Shown here piece after piece: positions 11,254 through 21,799 of a DNA stretch of 64,000 bases. This DNA is from an uncultured bacterium. GTDB taxonomy: Bacteria > Acidobacteriota > Aminicenantia > Aminicenantales > Saccharicenantaceae. The stretch is from positions 37,737 to 101,736 of the forward strand of contig CAWHBV010000001.1 of the NCBI GenBank assembly GCA_963827635.1, written 5' to 3'. Position 1 is the stretch's first letter. The number at the start of each line of letters is the position of its first letter. The notes beneath the pieces are model-generated. The model was not told where the DNA came from and searched no databases. It saw only the letters and a program-made list of their open reading frames with translations. A program made the position numbers and the translations under genes.

Positions 11254-11757
11254 ATGAAGAAAATGACCGAAGAGAACGTCAAGGCCGCCCTCGCCGGCGA
11301 GAGCCAGGCCCACGTCAAGTACGCCGCCTTCGCCGAGAAGGCCGCCGCCGAGAAGCTGCCCAACATCGCCCGGGCCTTCAAGGCCAACTCCTACGCCGAG
11401 CAGGTGCACGCCACCAATTACGTCAAGACCCTGGGCGCCCTCGGCACGACCAAGGACAATCTGGCCGCGGCCGTCGGCGGCGAGACTTTCGAGATCGAGG
11501 AGATGTACCCCGCCTTCATCCTCGTCGCCGAGTCCCAGGGCGAGAAGACGGCCGTCACGTTCCTCAACGCGGCCCTGGCCGCCGAGAAGGTCCACGCCGG
11601 CATCTACAAGGCCGCCCAGGCCGCCGTCGACGCGGGCCGGGACATCGACTTCAAGGCCATCCACGTCTGCGGCGTCTGCGGCTTCACCATGGAAGGCGAG
11701 GCTCCGGACAAGTGCCCGGTGTGCGGCGCCCCGAAAGACAAGTTCGTCACGTTCTGA
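11254..11757 (+). CDS. rbr: Rubrerythrin
   Basis: RBS 'aggaga' is upstream. The ferritin-like di-iron domain shows 'EKLPNIARAFKANSYAEQVHATNY'. A C-terminal rubredoxin-like 'CGVCGFTMEGEAPDKCPVCGAPKDKF' follows. Confidence 0.85.
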   Translation: MKKMTEENVKAALAGESQAHVKYAAFAEKAAAEKLPNIARAFKANSYAEQVHATNYVKTLGALGTTKDNLAAAVGGETFEIEEMYPAFILVAESQGEKTAVTFLNAALAAEKVHAGIYKAAQAAVDAGRDIDFKAIHVCGVCGFTMEGEAPDKCPVCGAPKDKFVTF

Positions 11758-11784
11758 AGGCCGTCGCGGCCGAAGGAGGTTCCC

Positions 11785-12294
11785 ATGTCCATCGATAAGG
11801 ATCTCGCGGCCTGGCAGGTCCTCGGCGTGGCCATCCGGTCCGAGGTCGACGCCGCCGCTTTCTACACCCGCCTCCAGGGACGGGTGAAGAACCTGCTCCT
11901 CGTCCAGAAGCTCAAGTTCCTGGCCCTCGAGGAGGAGCATCACCGGAAGATCCTCGAGCGCCTGCTCGGCCAGAGGTATCCCGACAAGCCCAAGGACGTT
12001 CCCGAAGCTTCGCTGATGCCCCCGATCGGCGTCTCGCTCCCGGCGGAGCCGGCCGTGCCCGAGCTCTTCCAGGCCGCGCTCAAGGCCGAAGAGATCGCCG
12101 AGGCGTACTACAACGACGCCGCCGCGAGGGTCGAGGACGAGGCCGGCCGGAAGATCCTGGCCTACCTCGGCCGGGTCGAGCGCAGCCATCAGGCCATGAT
12201 CAAGTCCGAGCTCGATCTCATCGTCCGCTTCCCGGATTACTACAACGTCGAGGACTTCCACATCGGCGAGGAGCTCTTCCACGTCGGGCCCTGA
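11785..12294 (+). CDS. Ferritin-like/rubrerythrin-family di-iron domain protein
   Basis: It has two ExxH-type pairs ('ALEEEHHRK', 'ERSHQAM') in a four-helix pattern. There is no rubredoxin tail. Confidence 0.5.
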   Translation: MSIDKDLAAWQVLGVAIRSEVDAAAFYTRLQGRVKNLLLVQKLKFLALEEEHHRKILERLLGQRYPDKPKDVPEASLMPPIGVSLPAEPAVPELFQAALKAEEIAEAYYNDAAARVEDEAGRKILAYLGRVERSHQAMIKSELDLIVRFPDYYNVEDFHIGEELFHVGP

Positions 12295-12316
12295 GCGGGC
12301 CGCGAAGGAGGCTGCG

Positions 12317-12976
12317 ATGGAAAGCGCCGCGCGGCGCATCGGCCCGATCGTCCGGCTCCTGCGGCGGCACTACCCGCAGGCGCGGACGGCCCTCGAATTC
12401 GGCAACCCGCTCGAGATCCTCGTCGCGACCATCCTGGCCGCGCAGTGCACCGACGAGCGGGTCAACACGATCACGCCGGGGCTCTTCCGCCGGTACCCGA
12501 CGGCCGCGGACCTGGCCCGGGCCGACCGCGCCGAGCTCGAGGGGATCATCCGTTCGGCCGGGTTCTTCCGGAACAAGGCCAAGTCCATCGTCGGGGCCGC
12601 CAGCCGGATCGTCGAGGTCTACGGCGGCGTCGTCCCGGACTCGATGGCCGAGCTCGTCACCCTGCCCGGGGTGGCCCGCAAAACGGCCAACATCGTCCTC
12701 TCGGCGGGTTACGGCAAAGCCGAGGGCATCGCCGTCGACACCCACGCCGGGCGCCTGGCGCGGCGGCTCGGACTGAGCCGCGAAGAGGACCCGGTCAAGG
12801 TCGAGCGCGATCTCATGGCGCTCCTGCCCCGGAAGGATTGGCTCGACTTCAACGTCCTTCTCGTCGAGCACGGCCGGGCCCTCTGCCGGGCCCGCAAGCC
12901 GGACTGCCCGGCCTGCTTCCTCGCCGGGCTCTGCCCGTCGGCCGGGGCCGTCGTCCCCGCCAAGAAGCGCCGATGA
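12317..12976 (+). CDS. nth: Endonuclease III (DNA glycosylase/AP lyase, [4Fe-4S])
   Basis: The HhH-GPD region 'LPGVARKTANIVL' and the catalytic 'VDTHAGRLARRLGL' are present. The C-terminal 'CRARKPDCPACFLAGLC' is the 4Fe-4S Cx6Cx2Cx5C cluster loop. Confidence 0.88.
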   Translation: MESAARRIGPIVRLLRRHYPQARTALEFGNPLEILVATILAAQCTDERVNTITPGLFRRYPTAADLARADRAELEGIIRSAGFFRNKAKSIVGAASRIVEVYGGVVPDSMAELVTLPGVARKTANIVLSAGYGKAEGIAVDTHAGRLARRLGLSREEDPVKVERDLMALLPRKDWLDFNVLLVEHGRALCRARKPDCPACFLAGLCPSAGAVVPAKKRR

Positions 12977-13989
12977 GCCGCCGGGAGGCCATGCTCTGGG
13001 ACCCGCTCGGGGACGGGCGCGTCGCCTGCCGCCTCTGCGCCCACCGCTGCGTCGTCGCCCCCGGCCGGCAGGGCGTCTGCGCGGTCCGCGAGAACCGGGA
13101 CGGGCGCCTGGAGACGCTCGTCTACGGCGAGGTCGTGGCCGCCCACGTCGATCCCATCGAGAAGAAACCCCTCTATCACTTCCTGCCCGGCTCGAAGGCC
13201 CTGTCGGTGGCCACGGCGGGGTGCAATTTCCGCTGCGGCTTCTGCCAGAACTGGCAGATCTCCCAGGCGCCGCGGCGCGAGGGCGGCGGTATCGCGGGCG
13301 AACCGTTCCCGCCGGAAGCGATCGTGCGGGCGGCCCTCGACGCGGGCTGCCGAAGCATCTCCTATACCTATACCGAGCCGACGATCTTCTTCGAATACGC
13401 CCACGATACGGCCCGTCTGGCCCGCGAAGCCGGGCTCCGCAACAGCTTCGTCACCAACGGGTACATGACCGCCGAGGCCCTGGAGACGATCGCTCCGCTG
13501 CTCGACGCCGCCAACGTCGATCTCAAGGCGTTCCGGGACGAGACCTATCGGAAGGTCTGCGGCGGACGCCTGGAGCCCGTCCTCGCATCGATCCGGCTGA
13601 TGCGGCAGCTGGGCGTCTGGGTCGAGGTGACGACGCTCGTCGTGCCCGGTCTCAACGACGGCCCGGACGAGCTGGCCGCGATCGCCGGGTTCATCGCCTC
13701 GGTCGGCCCGGAGGTCCCCTGGCACATCAGCCGCTACCATCCCGACTTCGAGTACGACGCGGCCCCCCCGACGCCCGTCGCGACGCTGCGCGCCGCCGCC
13801 GCGACCGGACGGCGGGAAGGCCTCCGCCACGTCTACGTCGGCAACGTCCCCGGAGAAGGGGAGGACACGCTCTGCGCGAGTTGCGGCACGGCCCTCATCC
13901 GCCGCCGGGGCTTCACGGTCACAGCGAACGTCCTCCGCGATGCCCACTGCCCCTCCTGCGGCGCCGTCCTCGCCGGCCGCTTCGACTAG
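12973..13989 (+). CDS. Radical SAM enzyme of the AmmeMemoRadiSam (AmrS)/PFL-activating-like type
   Basis: The ATG overlaps the nth stop (ATGA). 'VATAGCNFRCGFCQNWQIS' is the CxxxCxxC radical-SAM motif. Its overall architecture resembles AmrS. No AMMECR1 or Memo gene lies adjacent in this window. Confidence 0.55.
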   Translation: MSRREAMLWDPLGDGRVACRLCAHRCVVAPGRQGVCAVRENRDGRLETLVYGEVVAAHVDPIEKKPLYHFLPGSKALSVATAGCNFRCGFCQNWQISQAPRREGGGIAGEPFPPEAIVRAALDAGCRSISYTYTEPTIFFEYAHDTARLAREAGLRNSFVTNGYMTAEALETIAPLLDAANVDLKAFRDETYRKVCGGRLEPVLASIRLMRQLGVWVEVTTLVVPGLNDGPDELAAIAGFIASVGPEVPWHISRYHPDFEYDAAPPTPVATLRAAAATGRREGLRHVYVGNVPGEGEDTLCASCGTALIRRRGFTVTANVLRDAHCPSCGAVLAGRFD

Positions 13990-14045
13990 CCGGATAGAGG
14001 CGCCTTCCGGAATCGGCTATAATGGATCTTCGTCGAGGAGGCTTC

Positions 14046-15611
14046 ATGAACATCAAGACGCTCGCCCGGGCGGCCGCCGCCCTCTCGCTCATCCTGGCTT
14101 TCGTCGTATCGGCGGAGCTGGCGGCCCAGGGCCGTCAGGCCGCCCCCCCCGAATACAAGGAACTCGTCGCCGCGTCCGAGGTCAGGGACCCGGCGCTCCG
14201 GCTCAAGGAGTTCGAGAGGATCAAGGCCGCCTATCCCGAGACCCGCTACCTGGAGGCCATCGACGCCAGCATCCTGCAGGCCCGGGTCGAGCTGGCCGGT
14301 TCGCTCGAGGACGTCCTCGCCCTGCAGGCCGGCTTCATGGCCAAGGGGCAGGGCCCGGCCCGCCTCCTCAATCCCAGCACGATGGCCGTCCAGCTGGTCA
14401 ATCATCCCAACCTCGCCGCCTTCGACGCCCCGAAGGTCCTGGCCGCCGTCCTGAAGTACCGGGACCAGGCCCTCCGGATGGCCGGGGACCCGGCCTCCTT
14501 CGAGGGGATCCCGAAGGAGCAGCAGGAGTACTTCAAGACCTATGCCGTCAGCGCCGTCGAGCTCATCGCGGCCCGGGCCCATCTGAACGCCGGGGACGCG
14601 GCGAAAGCGCAGGCTTCGCTCGAGACCTACCGCAAGTCCGGCGGCGGGACGGGCGGCAACTATCTCTCTGTCGTCGGCAACGTCGCCGAGAAGCTGGGCC
14701 GGGACGCCGAGGCCCTGGACGCCTACATGGCGGCGGCGCTCGAGGAATACCCGGGCTCGGCCGAAAAGGCCCGGGAGCTCTACACGAAGATCCACGGCTC
14801 GGCCGACGGCTTCGTGGCCGCCTACGAGGCCAAGGCCAAGGCCCTGCCGTTCCGCCCCGAGCCCTTCAAGGCCCCGGCCGGCTGGAAGGGGAAGGCCGTG
14901 CTGGCCGAGCTGTTCACGGGCTCGGAGTGTCCGCCGTGCGTCGGGGCCGATATCGCCTTCGACGCGCTCGTCGAGACCTTCCCGTCCCAGTACCTGGCCG
15001 TCCTCGTCTATCACCTGCCCATTCCCCGGCCCGACCCGATGATGAATCCGGCGGGCGAGGTCCGGCAGAAGGCCTATGCGGTCAACAGCACGCCGACCTT
15101 CGTCATCGACGGCACGGGCAAGTCCGCGGGCGGCGGGGGCCGCGGGGCGGCCGAAGGCAAGTTCGCCTCGCTCCGGGCCGAGATCGAGAAGCTCCTCGCG
15201 GAGGCCCCCGGCGTCGCGTTGAAGGTCCGGGCATCGCTTTCCGGCGACAAGGTCCGGATCGTCTTCGACCACGACAAGGTCGTGCCGGGCGCCGAATACA
15301 TCCTCGTCCTGGTCCAGAACGAACAGGACCACAAGGGCGGCAACGGCGTCGAGCATCACCGGATGGTCGTCCGCGACCTCTGGGTCGCCGATCCGTCCGG
15401 CCCGAAGTCGGCCGAGTTCGACCTGGCCGTCTCGGAGAAGGCCGCCGACGCCTACCTCACCGAATTCGAGAAGACCTACACCCGGGTCCCGAACTTCAAG
15501 TGGGAGACGCGGCGCAACGCCATCGCCCGCAGCGGCCTCAAGGTCGTCTATTTCGTCCAGGAGAAGGCCTCCGGCAAGGTCCTGAACGCCGTCGTCGCCG
15601 ACGTCAAATAA
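14046..15611 (+). CDS. Hypothetical secreted protein with a helical-repeat N-terminal region and a thioredoxin-like CPPC motif
   Basis: The signal peptide reads 'MNIKTLARAAAALSLILAFVVSAELAAQ'. It also has 'LFTGSECPPCVGADIAFDAL'. Confidence 0.35.
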   Translation: MNIKTLARAAAALSLILAFVVSAELAAQGRQAAPPEYKELVAASEVRDPALRLKEFERIKAAYPETRYLEAIDASILQARVELAGSLEDVLALQAGFMAKGQGPARLLNPSTMAVQLVNHPNLAAFDAPKVLAAVLKYRDQALRMAGDPASFEGIPKEQQEYFKTYAVSAVELIAARAHLNAGDAAKAQASLETYRKSGGGTGGNYLSVVGNVAEKLGRDAEALDAYMAAALEEYPGSAEKARELYTKIHGSADGFVAAYEAKAKALPFRPEPFKAPAGWKGKAVLAELFTGSECPPCVGADIAFDALVETFPSQYLAVLVYHLPIPRPDPMMNPAGEVRQKAYAVNSTPTFVIDGTGKSAGGGGRGAAEGKFASLRAEIEKLLAEAPGVALKVRASLSGDKVRIVFDHDKVVPGAEYILVLVQNEQDHKGGNGVEHHRMVVRDLWVADPSGPKSAEFDLAVSEKAADAYLTEFEKTYTRVPNFKWETRRNAIARSGLKVVYFVQEKASGKVLNAVVADVK

Positions 15612-15617
15612 TCCGCA

Positions 15618-16040
15618 GTGGACAAGTACCGGTTCCTGCCGCACACCGCCGACGGCAAGTTCCAGGCTTTCGGAAAGACCCTCGAGGAGGCCTTCGGGAA
15701 CGCCGCCCTGGCCGTGGCTTCGCTCGTCTGGGACTGGGAGAAGATCGAACCGAAGGTCCGCCACTTCGTCCACGTCCGGGGCATCGACCGGGAGCAGGTC
15801 CTGGTCAAGTTCCTCGGCGAGATCGTCTACCTCTTCGAGACGAAGCGCTTCCTCCTGGGCCGGGTGGACGGGCTCAGGATCCGCACCGAATTCGCGAGCG
15901 TCAGCCTCGAAGCCCTGCTGCTCGGAGACGTCCTCGCGGAGAACCACGAGCTCCACGGCGACGTCAAGGCCGTGACCTATCACGAGCTCAAGATCGAGGA
16001 GTGCGACGGCTTCACCGTCCAGGTCGTCGTCGACCTGTAG
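15618..16040 (+). CDS. Archease (RtcB activator)
   Basis: GTG start. 'MDKYRFLPHTADGKFQAFG' (HTAD motif) and the C-terminal 'HGDVKAVTYHELKIEE' match the archease family. Confidence 0.8.
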   Translation: MDKYRFLPHTADGKFQAFGKTLEEAFGNAALAVASLVWDWEKIEPKVRHFVHVRGIDREQVLVKFLGEIVYLFETKRFLLGRVDGLRIRTEFASVSLEALLLGDVLAENHELHGDVKAVTYHELKIEECDGFTVQVVVDL

Positions 16041-16048
16041 GAAGGACC

Positions 16049-17469
16049 ATGGACATCGAGAAGATCGGCGAGAACGTCTGGCGGATCCCCCGCGAAGGCG
16101 ACATGCGCGTGCCGGCCGTCGTCTACGCGTCGGACCGGCTCCTCGACGACCTCCGGCGCGACCAGACCCTCGCCCAGGCCCGGAACGTCGCCTGCCTGCC
16201 CGGGATCGTGCGGATGTCCTGCGTCATGCCCGACGGCCACCAGGGTTACGGCTTTCCCATCGGCGGCGTCGCCGCCTTCGATCCCGACGAGGGCATCGTC
16301 TCTCCGGGCGGGGTCGGTTACGACATCAACTGCGGCGTGCGCCTCCTCAGGACCGATTTCACGGCAGCGGAGGTCTCCCCGCGGCGCAAGGAGCTTCTGG
16401 CCGGGATCTTCGGGGCCGTCCCGGCCGGGGTGGGCAAGGGCGGCGTCACCAAGCTCGACCGGACCGCTCTCCGGGAGATCCTGGTCAAGGGCGCCGAGTG
16501 GGCCGTCGCGAACGGATACGGGAGCCGGAAGACCTCGAGAGGACGGAAGAATCCGGCCGCATGAAGGACGCCGCCGCGGACGACATCTCCGACCGGGCCA
16601 TGGAGCGGGGCCTGCCCCAGATCGGGACGCTCGGCTCCGGCAATCACTTCCTGGAGATCCAGAAGGTCGACGAGGTCTTCGACGAAGAGGCGGCCCGGGC
16701 CTTCGGCCTGACCGGGCCCGGCCAGGTCCTGGTCATGATCCACTGCGGCAGCCGCGGCCTCGGCCACCAGGTGGCCTCGGACTTCATCGAAGCGATGGAG
16801 AACGCCTTCGGCGTCGCGGGCCTGCCGGACCGCGAGCTCGTCCACGCGCCGTTCAAGTCGGCCGAGGGCCAACGCTACTACCGGTCGATGTGCGCGGCGG
16901 TCAACTACGCCTTCGCCAACCGTCAGATGATCGCCCACGGCGTGCGCGGGGTCTTCGCCCGCGTCCTCGGGAGCTCGCGGGGGATGGATCAGGTCTACGA
17001 CGTCTGCCACAACGTGGCCAAGGTCGAGGAACACGACGTCGGCGGCCGGTCGACGCGGCTCGTCGTCCACCGCAAGGGCGCGACCCGCAGCTTCGGGCCG
17101 GGCCGGCCCGGGCTCCCGGCGGCCTACCGTGCCTCCGGCCAGCCGGTCATCATCCCGGGCAGCATGGGGACGGCGTCCTATCTCCTGGCCGGGACGGCGG
17201 CGGCCGAAGCCCTGAGCTTCGGCTCGACCGCTCACGGGGCCGGCCGGGTGATGTCGCGCCACGAGGCGCTCCGCCGCTTCCGGGGCGAGAAGATCCGGGA
17301 CGACCTGGCCCGCCGGGGCATCGAGCTCGTGTCGACCAGCTGGAAAGGCGTCGCCGAAGAAGCCTCCGAAGCCTACAAAGACGTCGACGAGGTCGTCCGC
17401 GTCTCGCACGAGACCGGGCTGGGACGGCTGGTCGCCAGGGTCGTTCCCATCGGCGTGATGAAGGGCTGA
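16049..17469 (+). CDS. rtcB: RNA-splicing ligase RtcB, with a 1-nt deletion frameshift near 16525 (CCC>CC)
   Basis: 'MSCVMPDGHQGYGFPIGGVAAFD', 'GVGYDINCGVR', 'GSGNHFLEIQ', 'IHCGSRGLGHQV' and 'VCHNVAKVE' are RtcB motifs. The first 158 aa are in one frame and the remainder is in the ORF 16498..17469 frame. Confidence 0.88.
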
Positions 17470-17472
17470 CCG

Positions 17473-18429
17473 TCAGCTCCCGGCGGGGGGCGGGACCGGG
17501 AGGACCACGTCGAGGCAGATCTTCCAAGGCGCCCGGCGGCACCCGGCGCCAGATCCTCAGATAGGCCGTTCCCTCGTGCGCGGCCCGGCCGCCCACGGAC
17601 TCGACCGTGCCGTAGCTCCAGGCCAGATCGCCGGACCAGGCGAGGCCCACTTTATAGGAAGTCCTCCGGGACTCGGGGTTCCGGCCCGCCCGGCTGACCT
17701 TGCCCTCTTTCGCCGGGATGAGGCTTTTGGCCGCGCTCAGCCCGACGGCCGGAAAGCTGCCGGGACCGGTAGACCCTGACGTCCTCCGTCGCGAATTCGG
17801 CCAGGGCTTTCCGGGCGCCCTTGTCGACGAGGGCGTTCTCGAACGCGCCCGCCCTGAGCCCGAAGGCGTGCTCCTCGTCCCGGAGCGCTTCGGGCGAGAG
17901 GGGCGGCAGGGGAGCGGCGGCGGGAGAGGCGACCCGGTCCGGCGCTCCTGCCGGGCCGCGGGCGATCGTGCCGGACGCCGATGTCGAGGAGGACTTTCCA
18001 GGCCCCGTCCGGCTCGCGCTGCCAGACCGAGACGTAGTGGCCGAAGGACGCCGGCGCGGCGTCCCGCTTCGGCCTGACGGAGTAGGGCCCCGACGTGTAT
18101 CCGAGCTCGCCCGACGAGGCGACCTCGGCGATCTCCGGCGCCCAGGTCAGGACGGACGGATCGCCGGCGGCCATCTTCTCGTAGACCGGACGGCCCGCGA
18201 CGGGCGACGGACGGAAGACGACGGCGTCGCGGGACAGGAACGTCAGGAAGGCCTCCCGGGTGCCCCGGTCCTCCGAGGCCTTGGAGAAGGCGCGCTCGGC
18301 CTCGACGAGCGAAGCCACCGCCCGTTCGCGGTCGACCTGGCCCGACGGCGGGCCCGGAACGGCCAGAGCGAACGCGGACATCACGGCCACCGCGCCGGCC
18401 CTCGATATCAGCGTCCGACTTGCGCGCAT
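17473..18429 (-). pseudogene. Secreted tandem NTF2-like/DUF4440-type two-domain protein, broken by 3 frameshifts near 17990, 17763 and 17526
   Basis: The signal peptide is 'MRASRTLISRAGAVAVMSAFALA'. Domain 1 is '...EAERAFSKASEDRGTREAFLTFLSRDAVVFR...FGHYVSVWQREPDGAWKVLLDIGV'. A parallel domain 2 is '...EEHAFGLRAGAFENALVDKGARKALAEFATEDVRVYR...GLAWSGDLAWSYGTVES...EGTAYLRIWRRV'. It is only recoverable by switching frames three times. Confidence 0.35.
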
Positions 18430-18446
18430 GGCGCCTCCACTCGACG

Positions 18447-20184
18447 TTAAGACTTCCGCCGGCCGCGTTTCTTCGCGGCCGCGGGCTTGCCCAGGAGGTC
18501 TTCGACCCCGAGGCAGTTCAAAATATCGTCCCGGCCGAGCCAGGCCCGGCGGGCGATGCCGAGGCCGAAGCGGATCATGGCCAGGCCGTCGGCGGAATGG
18601 GTGTCGGTGCCGATGGTGATCTTGACGCCCCGCTCCCTGGCCTTCTTGAGATTGAATTCATCGAGGTCGAGGCGGTCGTAATGGGAGTTGAGCTCGAGGG
18701 CCTTGCCCCGTTTCGCGGCGGCATCGATGACCTTGTCGATGTCGACGTCGTAGCCCCCGCGTCCCGAGATCAGCCGGCCCGTGGGATGGGCGATCGTCCG
18801 GACGTAGGGATTGTCCAGGGCTTTGATCATGCGCCCGGTCACGTCCTTCTTGAATCCCGAATGGACGGCCGCGACCACGAAATCGAGCCGGGCCAGGAGC
18901 TCGTCGGGGAAATCGAGCGAGCCGTCGGCCAGGATGTCGACCTCGCTGCCCTTGAGGATGCGAAAACCCGTGAGCGTCCGGTTGAAGGCCTCGATCTCCG
19001 CCATTTCGGCGGCCAGGCGCTCGGCGGCCAGGCCGTGGGCGTATTTGGCGGCCTGAGAGTGGTCGCAGACGGCGATGTAGGCGTAGCCCCTCTCCCGGGC
19101 CAGGGCGACGACCTCCTTGAGGGACAGGTCGCCGTCGCTCGCCCGGGTGTGGACGTGGAGGTCGCCCTTGAGGTCGGCCGGCTCGACGAGGCGGGGCAGG
19201 CGTCTCCTCCATGGCCAGCTCGATCTCGCCCCGGTCCTCGCGCATCTCCGGCGGGATCCAGGGCATGCCGAGGACCTTGTAGCAGTCTTCTTCGTCGCGG
19301 GAGGCCAGGCGTTTATCGCCGCGGAAGACGCCGTACTCGGAGATCTTGAGGCCGCGGTCCTTGGCCAGCCCCCGGAGCTTGATGTTGTGGGCCTTGGAGC
19401 CGGTGAAATAGAGGAGTGCGGCCCCGTACTCGGAAGCGTCGACGACCCGGAGGTCGACCTGGCGCTCGAGGTCGCCGGCCCGCACGATGATCGAGCCCTT
19501 GGTCCCGCCTTCGGCCAGGACGCGGACGGTCCCGGGATGCCGGACGAAATGGCGCACGATCGCCGCGCCGTCCTTGCCCGAAGCCAGGACGTCGATATCG
19601 CCGACCGTCTCTTTCATCCGCCGCAGGGACCCGGCCGCGGAGACGCGGCCGACGCCGGGCGCGCCGGAGAGGTAGGCGACGACCTCGTCGGCGACGAGCG
19701 CCGCGTCGCGGATGGAGATGCGCTCGGCGGCCCGCTCGCGGGTCTCGATCCCCCGGCGGATGTTCTCGACCTTCTTCTCGCCCATGCCCGGGAGCTTGGC
19801 CAGCGACCCGTCGGCGATCGCCCGCTTGAGGCCCTCGAGGTCTTCGACGCCGAGCCTGTCGTGGACGAGGTGGACGGTCTTGCCGCCGAGCCCCTGGATC
19901 TCGAGCAGCCCGAGGAGCGTCTCGGGCACACCGGCCATGACCTCCGCGTACTTCGCCATCCGGCCGGTCCGGACGTACTCGTCGATCTTCCCGGCCAGGC
20001 CTTCGCCGATCCCGGGGAGCGACTCGAGCCGGCCCTCCGCGGCGACCTGGGCGACGTCCTCGGTCATGTCCTGGAGGATCCGCGAGGCCTTGCGGTAGGC
20101 CACGACCTTGAAGCCGGTCTCGCCCTTGATCTCGAGGGCGTCGGCGATCCGGTCGAAAAGCTCCGCGATCTCCCGGTTCTTCAT
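18447..20184 (-). CDS. polX: DNA polymerase X family protein with a C-terminal PHP domain, with a frameshift near 19200
   Basis: The N-terminus 'MKNREIAELFDRIADALEIKGE' plus helix-hairpin-helix 'LPGIGEGLAGKI' give a Pol-beta-like core. The PHP segment in the other frame reads 'GDLHVHTRASDGDLSLKE...AVCDHSQAAKY...TIGTDTHSADGL'. Confidence 0.75.
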
Positions 20185-20294
20185 CGTCCTTCCCTCGCGA
20201 CATAGGTTACCGCATTTGCCCTCGACAGGGAAGAGCGCGCCGGTCCCCATTTTCCGTTGACAATTCCGGCCGGGGCCTCTAAGGTAGAGAAACC

Positions 20295-21799
20295 ATGAGG
20301 GTCGTTCTCGCCGGATACAACGTCGACAGCGCCGTCATCGACGAGCTGAAGCGGAACTCGCCGCCGCGCGAGGACGTCACGCCCGAGACCCTGTCGGCGT
20401 CCTACGCCCGGATCTCGCGCGACCCCCGCCCGGTCGACGAGCTGCGGGCCGCGGCCCGGGCCGAGGTCGACCGGACCCGGCGGTCCAACCGGTCCATCAT
20501 CTTCAAGATGGGCCACCACTCCGTCGCCGAGCACGCCGTCTTCAACTTCGACGTCGTCGGCGTCAGCCGGCTGGCCATCGAGGAGCTGGAGCGCTTCCGC
20601 CTCCTGTCCTTCACCGAGAAATCGCAGCGGTACATCACGCTCGGGGAGGACTTCGTCGTTCCGGAGGAGATCCGAGCGGGCGGGCCGCGAGGCGCTCTTC
20701 GTCGGGACGGTCAAGGCCCAGAACGCCCTCTACCACAAGCTCTACGCCCGCCTCAAGCCGTTCGTCTTCGCCAGGAACGCCGCCGCCGCGGCCGAACCGG
20801 GGAACCACGCCGTCCTCGACGGCTGGGCCAAGGAGGACGCCCGTTACGCCGTCAGCCTGGCGACCCAGGGTCAGCTCGGCCTGACGGCCAACGCGCGCAA
20901 CCTCGAGCTCCTCATCCGGCGCTTCGCCGCCAAGGGCCTCGCCGAGGTCCGGGAGCTCGGCACCCGGCTTTACGAGCTGGCCAAGTCGGTCGCCCCGTCC
21001 ATCATCCTCTTCACCGAGCCGAGCCCGTTCGACGCGGAGACGTACGCGGACCTCGCCGCCGCCGCGGAGGGCTGGAAGGTCGCGCCGGGCCGGGGACGGG
21101 CCGGCGCGGGCCCGGTCCGGAGGGTCGTTCTGGCCGGGTACCCCGCCGACGGGGATTCACGCACGATCGCGGCCCTCCTCCATTCGGTGACGCGCCTCTC
21201 TTATAAGGAATGTCTGGCCCGCGCGGCGAAGGCCGGCCCCGCGGCCCGCAAGCGACATCGTCCGCCGGGCCTGCGAGCGCATGGAATTCTACGATTTCCC
21301 GCTCCGGGAATTCGAGCACGCCGACCTGGTCTTCGATCTCGTCGTCTCGGCCTCGTGCTTCGCCCAGCTCAAGCGGCACCGGATGGCCACGCTGACCTGG
21401 CAGCGTTACGATCCCGGCCTGGGCGTCACCGTTCCCCCGTCGATCCGCGAGGCCGGGCTCGAAAAGGAGTTCCTGGCGGTCGTCGCGCGGACGAACGAAA
21501 CCCACGCCCTGCTGGAGAAAGCCGTCGGCCCGGCCGCCGACTACGTCCTGACCAACGCCCACAGGCGCCGGGCCCTGCTCAAGCTCAACGTCCGCGAGCT
21601 CTACCACATTTCGCGGCTGCGCGAGGACGCCTCGGCCCAGTGGGAGATCCGGGAGGTCGCCGCGGAGATGTCCCGGCTGGCCAGGAAGGTCCTGCCGCTC
21701 TCCTGCCTGCTTCTCGGCGGCAAGGACGCCTTTCCCGGGAGTCTATGCCGGAGTTTACGGACGGGCGCCGAAGATGGCCCCGCCCAAGATCCTCAAGTA
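20295..21799 (+). CDS. thyX: Tandem-domain FAD-dependent thymidylate synthase ThyX-like protein, with at least 3 frameshifts and an uncertain C-terminal end
   Basis: Domain 1 is '[41 protein letters not shown]'. Domain 2 is '[31 protein letters not shown]', a ThyX RHR...S..QRY signature. A later stretch '[18 protein letters not shown]' also matches. Three reading frames must be spliced to follow it. Confidence 0.55.
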
